A stretch of 64,000 bases of DNA from Octopus vulgaris (taxonomy: Eukaryota): the NCBI GenBank assembly GCA_951406725.2, contig OX597820.1, positions 80,476,001 to 80,540,000 of the forward strand, in the 5' to 3' direction. Both the position numbers and the translations under genes were made by a program. Under the pieces are notes generated by a model that saw only the letters and a list, made by a program, of their open reading frames with translations, did not search any database and was not told the origin of the DNA. Positions 54,469 through 64,000 of this stretch are shown here, in pieces; within the stretch, counting starts at the first letter, position 1; every line of letters starts with the position of its first letter.

Positions 54469-55042
54469 ACGTTTATCGTTTTCTTTTACGTATTAATTTA
54501 AGCCGCGCATGGATTTTTACATTCTGAAAATTACCCAAAATTTTCAAAGTTGAATATCAGCGCAAACCGGATACCGGTAAATTAAATATGACTTTTTTCT
54601 TCAACAAAATCTCCTGAAGCATTTTTGTTAAAAAGAAAAAAAAAAAGACTCGAATGGATATGCAATCTCTTTTTCTTTCTTTGTCATTTGTATTACGCAT
54701 GTCGAACTTAGCTTTTGAATACGTGCACCAGTATAATTTCAGTTAAATTGTGATACAAAAACAACATATATTCTTTGAAAACATATTCTACGGTTTTATT
54801 TTCATACATATATATACATAGAATAAATCTTCAGTTAAATTGTTTTAGCTACACAAAAACTATATAAATTTGACGCATTTTCAACCTTTCACCAGTATCT
54901 CAATATTATACACACACGCGCATATATATATTTGAAGAAAATGACTGGCTCAGCTGTGAAATTGGAACCTAGCGGATAAGCAATTATAGCACTTATCATA
55001 CCTATTCGTTTAGATCACCAGTGAACTAATCTCCTCCTATTT

Positions 55043-55074
<32 letters not shown>

Positions 55075-55078
55075 GCTC

Positions 55079-55154
<76 letters not shown>

Positions 55155-56559
55155 CATACATATTTCGTTTTTGAATTTGGTTTGCGAGATTCTTTATGTG
55201 AGTTCGTGTGTTGAAGATTATTTTGTAAGTATAAAATAGATTGATAAATAGAGTGGAAACTTTACCGGTGAGTATGTTAAATAATAAGGCACTAAAATAA
55301 TAAGGCATATATATGCGTGTGTTGTCTGTGTGTGTGTTGTGTGTATGTGTGTGTGGTGTGTGTGTATGCGCGTGTGCGTGTGTATATGTGTGTGTGTCTT
55401 TGTGCCTGAGTGTGCTTTACCACCGCTTGACAACCGGTGCTGGTGTGTTTGTTTTCCCCAAAACTTAGCAGTTCCGAAAACGAGGGCACAAACCGATAGA
55501 ATAAATACCAGGCTTTAAAAAACATTAAGTACTGCGGTGGCTTCAATCAATTAAAAATTCTTCAAATGGTGCCCCAGCATGGCCGCAGTCATATGATTGA
55601 AACAACTAAAAGTAATTAAAAAAGAAAAGATATAGAATCAATTGTCTATTGTTATTAACCTAATGATACAATCCATCAATCACTTTCGTAATATCATTTT
55701 TAATTATCAGCAATTATTCAATCATTTCCAATAATTCAATTATCTTCCATTATTTTGAGAACAATATCAACAAATGGTTTTATCCATTATTATCACAATA
55801 TTTTCGTAAAACAATAACAATCCAAATAGAATTAGCTCGAGGCAAATAAATCAAATAAATTAGATATTTTCTCCCATCTGATACTTGGAAGTTCTGACCA
55901 ATTTCTGAAATTTGGTGCCAAATTTCTAATGAATAATTTGTTTGATTCTTACGTTTAAATTGCACTGGATGACACCTTCGCGCGTCAGAAATTGTAACGA
56001 TGATCCGGTGTAATTCAAATACAAAATGGATTCGATGTTGAATTAATTTTTTGAGAATAATGTCTGCACCTTTATCGGGCTTCCACACAATTTCCATCTA
56101 CCAAATTCACTGGTCGACTTGCCTAAGGTCTGAACCCGAAGTGGTTGCAAAGCGAGTTTCTTAACCACAATATGAAAGGTCGGCGAGGCGGCAAGCTAGC
56201 ATAATCATTAGCACGCCGGGCGAAATGCTTAGTGATATTTCTTCTGCAGCTACGTTCTGAGTTCAAATTCCGCCGTGGTCGACTTTGCCTTTCATCCTTT
56301 CGGGGTCGATTAAATAAATACCAGATACGCACTGGGGTCGATGTAATAGACTTAATCTCTTTGTCTGTCCTTGTTTGTCCCTTCTATGTTTAGCCCCCTG
56401 TGGGCAATAAAGATATAAATATGAAAGTGTCTTCTTTCTACCAAGGAATGAACAATAATATATCCTAGCAGACAACGACTTTTTAGAGCAACGTAACGCA
56501 TATAAACTTAACAGAACAAAACATAATCGAATTAATAATAATCTACATTGACATAAACT

Positions 56560-56685
56560 CGGTCCCAGGACCGAAGGGATTTCCAGCTTTGCTTCTAAAC
56601 CCCTGTTAACCAGCCTTGCTATTCACCTGAAAATACTTTATCAAGATTCTTTAGATGCCGGTCAAATACCCAAAATGTTAGAAGT
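56560..56685 (+). mobile_element. Small LINE RT N-terminal fragment (CR1/L2-like)
   Basis: PGPKGFPALLLNPC*PALAIHLKILYQDSLDAGQIPKML resembles GPDG.P..LL..C...L..PL..L...SL..G.IP. Confidence 0.55.
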
Positions 56686-56709
56686 AGTGATAACACTTTA
56701 TTATATATC

Positions 56710-56837
<128 letters not shown>

Positions 56838-57039
56838 GATATATATATATATAAAGGACTGTGTAACGCATGGACAATTATAAAGCTGTTTCATCTTACA
56901 TTTGAAAAGTTCTTGAGAGAATCATATCTAACAAAACATTTTGTCCAGTAGAACGTTTTAACAACACTCAACACACGGACGGAACTGTCTGACCCAACTG
57001 CTACAGCAATTCAACCAAACATCGTAAAGTTTGCTATGT

Positions 57040-57650
57040 AGACCAAAAAGCAAGAGTGTATAATTTGTTTCAACTGTACATCCGCAAAAAAGAATGTCCT
57101 GAAATAAACTTAGAAAATTCCTCTGTTATGGAATACATTCATAAACACAAACTCAAGGAATGCTGGTGGAATATTCCCATCAAAACATCTGTCAAATGTA
57201 AACATAACAGGTCGGATATTGTTGCTTGGGACGGAGGAGCAAAATTTTGTACCGTCATAGAGGTCAGCTGCCCTGCTGATATAAAAATCTCTTTGAAAAT
57301 AAAAGAACATGAGGATAGCTATGGACAACTGCTTCGAAACTTCCAGCTTCTATATCCAGACTATGAATTCATATTCATACCAACAATAATTGGAGCACTA
57401 GGTTTTGTTAGTAAATGCTTAAAGGAGAATCTGGATAAACTGGGATTTTAAGAAAGAGAAATCAACTGGGTAATTCGTACATTACAAGTGCAATCTGTGA
57501 GTGGAACAATAAAAATATGCAAAACTTTTCTAAAGTTCCAAATGTGAATTTGTCTGTGTTAACAACATCCCAAAGATGGAACCATGTAACTTTGTTTTAA
57601 ACCGACTCCCTCCTCAGTGGAAGATTTACAATAATTAAAAAATAGAAGAC
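57040..57650 (+). mobile_element. RLE-type (R4-like) LINE 3' end
   Basis: ORF 57056-57451 WWNIPIKTSVKCKHNRSDIVAW...VIEVSCPAD...KEHEDSYGQL...FIPTIIGALG, continuing to SGTIKICKTFLKFQM*; 3' UTR ends at acatacat. Confidence 0.85.
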
Positions 57651-58309
57651 ATACATTCGTACATACATATATCGTCATATCATATGAAGTATAACAAAGT
57701 TTAAAACAGGAAAGAGCACCACATTATTGAATGCCCCTTGAATCTCCAGGGACAAAAAGCCCTTAAACAGGTCCTGCTTTTCATCCTGCAGGATGTCCAA
57801 AATCGCCCTCTTCCCCAACCAAACCCAATACGATTACTATGCTTAATCACCAACCACTCGAACATATTACATGTTGTACTAGGTTACATGTTGTACTAGG
57901 TTACATGTTACCAGTAACGGTTTCAAACGACCAGACATACATACATTTATGATGGGTTAACGCACACTTTTCCTTCAACCAAATTCGACTAACAATATCT
58001 TGCTCATCCCGCTACCCATGGTTGAACAAACTCAAGGTTTCAAACAATGGGGTCGAACCGGATGCACGTGATTACGAAGCAGCCTTCTTAACCGTACAAC
58101 CGTAACTACTAATGCTTCTTTTTCACACCTCTCTCTCCCTCTCCCTCTCTTTCCCCCTCTCTCTTGCTTTCTCTCTTACTCCTCTCCCTCTCTCTTACTC
58201 TCCTCTCACACTCTTTTCCATCCCTCTCTCTCTCCCCTGCTCTCTCTTTCTTCCTTCTCCCTTTCTCTCTCTCTCTCTATCGTCCTCTCTCTCTCTCTCA
58301 CACACACAC

Positions 58310-58387
<78 letters not shown>

Positions 58388-59090
58388 GCACACTCTTACA
58401 CATCTTCAGTACATTTCTCTTCAGAGTGAAGCTTTTATACTCTTTTGCTGTTTTTCATCCCTCCCTCTCACCTCCTTTCTCTTCTCTCTCTGTCTCTCCC
58501 TTTTTTCTCCTTTTTTCTTTTCTCCCTATCTCTCTCTCTCTCCCTCTCTTTGTTTCTCTCTTTGTTTCCAATGTATTCTTCCTTTGCTCACTGTTCATTA
58601 CAATACCATTTCTACTTCACCATTTAAGGAACTTCCACCCCCTACATATGTCTTAATATATTCGTTTCTCATTCTTCTGTTCAAATAAGCTTCAAAGTTC
58701 AAGACAGAATAAATATATAAATAAATAAATAAATAAATAAATACATAAATAGAAGAATGAATAAGGCAGTTCTCGAGGAAACGAATTATCTCGGCAGGAA
58801 TGGAAGCAGCAACAAAAAGAACCAGCAGAAAAAAATCTTATCATCGTTCTCTTTTCTTCATTTTAGCCTTTAAAGAATTCAGATTAAAAGCTGCTTTATC
58901 TTCGTCCATGAAAGCAGCAGCATATTGTAGAGTCAAGTTAAATATTTGATAAGGTAAGAAGAAATTATTAAAATATGCTAATACGTATGTAAAGTGAAAG
59001 TTGGTGCGGTTCTTCCCGTCGCTTTTTCTCTTGTCGTCGTTGTCGTCATTGCTGTCACTGTTTGAGTATACGCATATATGTACTTTGTGT

Positions 59091-59985
59091 ATGGAGGTGC
59101 AATGGGCTAATGGTTAGGGCAGCGGACTCGCAGTCGTAGGATCGCGGTTTCGATTCCCAGACCGGGCGTTGTGAGTGTTTATTGAGTGAAAACACCTAAG
59201 GCTCCACGAGATTCTGGCAGGGGGTGGGGATGGAGGTGCAATAGCCGAGTGGTTATGGCAGCGGACTCGCAGTCGTAGGATCGCGGTTTCGATTCCCAGA
59301 CCGAGTGTTGTGAGTGTTTATTGAGTGAAAACACCTAAGGCTCCACGAGATTCTGGCAGGGGGTGGGGATGGAGGTGCAATAGCCGAGGGGTTATGGCAG
59401 CGGACTCGCGGTCGTAGGTTCGCGGTTTCGATTCCCAGACCGGGCGTTGTGAGTGTTTATTGAGTGAAAACACCTCAGGCTCCACGAGGATCTGGCAGGA
59501 GGTGGGGGTGGGGGTGAACCCTGCAGTACTCTTTCATCACAGCTTTCATTCTTTCTTCCTGCTTCTGTTGTAGCTGTATTTCAAAGGGCCAGCCTTCTTC
59601 AAACTCTGTCTCACGCTGAATCTCCCCGAGAACTACGTTAAGGGTACTCGTGTCTTATTTCTTTATTGCCCACAGGGGGCTAAACATAGAGTGGACAAAC
59701 AAGGACAGACAAAGGGATTAAGTCGATTACATCAACCCCAGTGCGTAACTGGCACTTAATTTACGACCCCGAAAGGATGAAAGCCAAAGTCGACCTTGGC
59801 GAAATTTGAACTCAGAAATTAACGGCAGACGAAATACTGCTAAGCATTTCGGCCGGCGTGCTAACGTTTCTGCCAGCTCGCTGCCTTTTTAAGGGTACTC
59901 GTGTCTGTGGAGTGCTCAGCCACTTGCACGTTAATTTCACGAGGAGGCTGTTCCGTTAATCGGATTAACTGGAACGGAATGCCAC
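59091..59985 (+). mobile_element. Compound SINE: three tandem head-1 units (139 bp period) + tail X, interrupted by a family B SINE
   Basis: Units start at 59091, 59230 and 59369; tail X continues either side of 59656-59888. Confidence 0.9.
59656..59888 (-). mobile_element. SINE family B nested in tail X with 18 bp TSD
   Basis: ttaagggtactcgtgtct at 59638-59655 and 59889-59906. Confidence 0.92.
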
Positions 59986-60243
59986 GATATAGTCGTACAA
60001 ACACGGGTAGTATATATGCATTCCGCACGTATGTACGAACTTAAAATGCAAGCATCCATCATTTCAACCATATGATTATGTACTCAAAATAATTCTGCAG
60101 TAAATACGTTAGAAGAGTGAAGTAATATATATTTTTATACATAATAAACTCATTATTTAATGATTTATCAGTGGCCAACATACTAATAATATAAATTAAA
60201 CATTATGGTATTTTCAAATCATTAAATAATGACTCTATCCTTA

Positions 60244-60330
<87 letters not shown>

Positions 60331-60335
<5 letters not shown>

Positions 60336-60563
60336 CCTTTTAAAGCCTAGCCAGGCTCATGGGCCCGGTTTCCCGGTTTCTATGGCTGTGTTCCCCAGCT
60401 GGACGGGACGCAGTCTATCGCAGCGTTACTCATTTTTACCAGCTGAGTGAACTGGAGTAACGTGGAATGAAGTGTTTTGCTCAAGAACGTAACGCGTCGC
60501 CCGGTCCAGAAATCGAAACCACAATCTTACGATCATGATACTGACACACTAAGCCAAGCGCCT
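60331..60563 (-). mobile_element. tRNA-derived SINE, head 2 + tail Y
   Basis: Revcomp ...gttcttgagcaaaacacttcattccacgttactccagttcactcagctggtaaaaatgagta-acgctgcgatagactgcgtcccgtcc...ggctaggctttaaaag. Confidence 0.85.
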
Positions 60564-60574
60564 ACACACACACA

Positions 60575-60642
<68 letters not shown>

Positions 60643-60730
60643 CACATATATATATATATGCGTTTGTCGATGGAAAAAGCGTATAGTATTTTACGAGTGG
60701 AATGAATTTTCATCACTAGCTTGTGATAAA

Positions 60731-60775
60731 CACACGCTGAGGACGGGTAATCACCCAGAAACTCGAGTCCATGTG
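60731..60775 (+). ncRNA. Minimal type I hammerhead ribozyme motif, intact core
   Basis: cacacg CTGAGGA c gggt aatc accc a GAA actcgagt C catgtg: stem I 5/6, stem II gggt/accc, palindromic stem III, GUC site; within a ~270 bp segment flanked by (TA)n. Confidence 0.8.
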
Positions 60776-60931
60776 GATCACGTAAGGCTAGAGATGGAAG
60801 CATTGACCTCTCCTCGCAAATAGTAATCGGACATAGAATGTTTGTCGTTAGCCAGTTGGAGGAGATGTTTTCCCGGAGCTATAAACGTCAGTAGCAATGT
60901 CTTGTATAGAACGCCATACTTGGTTGGCAAT

Positions 60932-61006
<75 letters not shown>

Positions 61007-64000
61007 ATGTATGTATGTATGTATGCATGTATGTACGTATAACGAAATGTTAGCGCCATACAGTGTTTAGGCATAAGCAAAATTTAGCTTAATTAAAATA
61101 TATTTGTGACATATTTCAACTACTGAAATGTAAATACACTGAAGTTACCGTGGAAAAAATATCTCTCTTATGGTAAAGGTGTGAAAACAGCCATTTTGTT
61201 CAGTATCGCCATCTATCAGGAATCCCAGACATCGATGTTTCGAGTTTATTGATTCTTGTCAATGGGATGTACCTAAGAGAGACAACTCTGAACAAACTTA
61301 TAAAGCAATAGCTTTGTTTAAAATTCGGTGAACACGTTGACTGATTTACGCTGGTAGATCGCCCGATCGAGAAAATATATATGCCTACATACTTACATGA
61401 AATGTGATGGCCCACTAGTTTACAAAGAGGTTCCTCTCAAAGGGTAGCTTTATATTTTCCCAGTCTGATAATGCCCAGGTCTTAATGTTGCTGGATTTAG
61501 GATATCCGAACTGCATTACTCTCTTTCTCTCTTCTTTCCCTCTTTCTCCCATCTCTATCTCTACTTCTCTCTATCAATCTATCTATCTATATCTATCTTT
61601 ACCTATACATACATAGACGTAGGCGTGCTTGTACGGTAAGAAGCTTGCTTCCCAACCACATGGTTCCGTGTTCAATCCCACTGCGTGGCACCTTGGGCAA
61701 GTGTCTTCTACTATAGCATCGGGCCGCTCAGTGCCTTGAGAGTGGATTTGGTAGAAGGAAACTCAAAGAAACCCGTCGGATATTTATGTGTGTATGTGTG
61801 TATGTGTATACGTATACACTATCATCATATGACAACCGCTGTTGGTGTGCTTATGTCCCTGTAACCCAATGGCTCGGCATAAGAGACCAATAGATTACGA
61901 ACCAGGCTTTAAAATAAAACACAGGGGTTGAGTCTAAAAGTTCTCAAAGGCGGTGCCCCTGCATGGCCGCAGTCTAATGACTGAAGCAAACGAAAGAGTA
62001 AAGATATTAATAATTTCTCTCTAGCTCTCTTTCTCTCTCTTTCTCTCTCTTCCTCTCCCTCTCCCTCTCTTTCTCTTTCTCTCTCCCTCTCTCCTCTCTC
62101 TCTTGCTCTCTTTCTTTCATTAACCCTTTTTGTTCCTGCTCTTTAACCGCTCAGCATCAAATTACAAACGCATGCTTCGGTGCATTATAATCCGCTTCCT
62201 CGTTTTTCTGTTGATCTCTTTCAGCCATCTTTTAATAACATTCAATAAATGCTGCTCCGTACGTTATTAAAGATTCTGCCCTCAGGGTACTTGCTTCTAT
62301 GATATTTCTCACATTCAATTTCATTTCTAAAAATCTCCATTCTGTAGAAATTTTCTTTCCTGGAGGCTTCATTTATCTGTATACATTGGATTTTGATTCC
62401 TTCCAACATTCCCGGATTATATTCTTTTCTACGCTAGGCACAAGGCCAGAAATTTTGGGGGGAGGGGGCCAGTCAATTACATCGACCCCAGTACACAACT
62501 GGTACTTAATTTATCGACCCCGAAAGGATGAAAGGCAAAGTCGACTTCGGCGGAATTTGAACTCAGAACGTAAAGACGGACGAAATAATTCCCAGATCAT
62601 ATAACGTTTCTGCTGCGTTTAATGATGTATTCTCGTTATTGGGTAGATCTGTTACAGTATTTTTGGGGGGTTTTCTTTCGACTCTTAACGTTCTGAGTTC
62701 AAATACAGCCGAGGTCGACTTTTTTTTTTCATACTTTCGAGGTCGATAAAATAAGTACCAGTTGTACACTGGGAATCGCTGTTATCGACTAACCCCCACC
62801 TCCGAAATTGTTGATTTTGTGTCAAAATTTGAAGTCAATATTTTACCTATTTAACAAAGAATTCTAGTTTTTTTTCGCTCTTGTATTTGGTTGACAAGCT
62901 TCTTGATGTGAGCTCGTGCGTTGGAACATATTTTTTTTGACTTTGGGGCTGTTATTACGCCAGTCATTGTTCAGATCGCGAATAGCCACGAAAGGACTTT
63001 GACAAAATCCAGTTAATTGATTGCTTGTTTGACCAAACGATTAATCGCAAAATCGGCTAGTTAATTGGTTAAATGAGTAACCAATTGACTAATAATAATA
63101 ATAAAAGAAATGAAATAGAACCAGTGTGTGTTCATTATTGACATAATGACCCTCCCGAAGTAAAAAAATGAATAGTTTTGGACCTCGATTAAAACCATTT
63201 CACTTCATTTTCGCTATTAATAACTTTGCAAAAGTCACGAATGTCACAATTACATATTTTTTATTAATGTTTAGCAGAAGCAACAGAGTGACTCAAGGAC
63301 CGAGAGTTTCATGCGTTAGCCCTTTTCAAGCTAATTATAGGTCGAGTGGGTTGTAAATTTATACACCGATGACAATGGTATTTCCCTGGAACAAACTATA
63401 AATACAATCACACTGTCACGTGGATAATTCATATTTTTCAAATCTGGAGGTCACAATTATTTTTTATATTTGGGATTTTTTTCTCTCTGCCTTAATAAAA
63501 TACGGAGGTTTTTCTGTCTAACCTAAAAGAAATCTCTATAACTAATGCTAAAGGAAAAAAAAGACGTAAGACATCATGCTCCCTTTTTTATTCTATTTAC
63601 GGCAGAAGCGTTGACACAATACAACCATTATCTTTTTTCTACAATATATTTCCTTATCATGTACGATAACAATAAATTTATTTCCATCTTACATTAAAAC
63701 AAAATACATTTTCCCCAAAGCGAAAGCAAAACTAATTCACTTGCTAATAATCATTCGTGTATCTGCTTTCATTCCAATTGGATAACTCTGTAACACCCTT
63801 CCAGGTTTCAACCGAAATAGCCTCTTTTTATGTTGTTCATCCTTTTCATGTATTTCCTTTTGAACTTAACGACTTGTGTTGTTTTCATAAAATAATTTTA
63901 GATAAATGCATGTTGCCGCGATAATTAGTCGCCATAGCAACTATCAAATCCAATTAGTAATTTCTTATTAACACTCGGTCATCATGACGTTGATTTCGGT

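Noticed and set aside
55950-56070. Possible minus-strand host exon ending at a gtaaga donor
   Set aside because: No polypyrimidine acceptor and no recognisable peptide; cannot be supported without RNA data
57867-57910. Small tandem duplications (17 bp here; 14 bp at ~6059; ~30 bp at ~10898; ~36 bp at ~52841; 30 bp direct repeat 36501/36859)
   Set aside because: Ordinary local slippage or duplication, no higher-order pattern
59091-59510. Tandem tRNA genes or a CRISPR-like array
   Set aside because: Units are SINE heads without a full cloverleaf and without unique spacers; context is eukaryotic
61204-61510. Unique-looking segment with acceptor-like ttttgttcag (+) and donor-like gtaagt (-)
   Set aside because: Signals are on opposite strands and the frames give no recognisable protein

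Overview
AT-rich eukaryotic (metazoan) non-coding DNA with no recognisable host exon. The very high density of (TA)n/(CA)n/(TACA)n/(TAGA)n/(TAA)n microsatellites and the SINE families present resemble an octopus/coleoid cephalopod genome (inference). The window is a mosaic of transposable elements. (1) At least three tRNA-headed SINE groups, one of which shuffles two heads and two tails in all four combinations. (2) Decayed LINEs (R4/Dong-type RLE, CR1-group, L1/Tx1) and a Gypsy 3' end with its LTR. (3) A full-length but frameshifted IR/DR Tc1 (DD34E) element and several Tc1/mariner-, Tc2/pogo-, hAT- and Helitron-like non-autonomous elements. (4) Two Penelope-like (GIY-YIG) remnants and many type I hammerhead-ribozyme motifs. 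The most striking recurring structure is a set of short fold-back elements of apparently unrelated sequence, in or next to (TA)n, whose hairpin centre falls on a hammerhead motif. Almost all ORFs in the supplied track are microsatellite or antisense artefacts. Family assignments are by eye from motifs; no database search was run.
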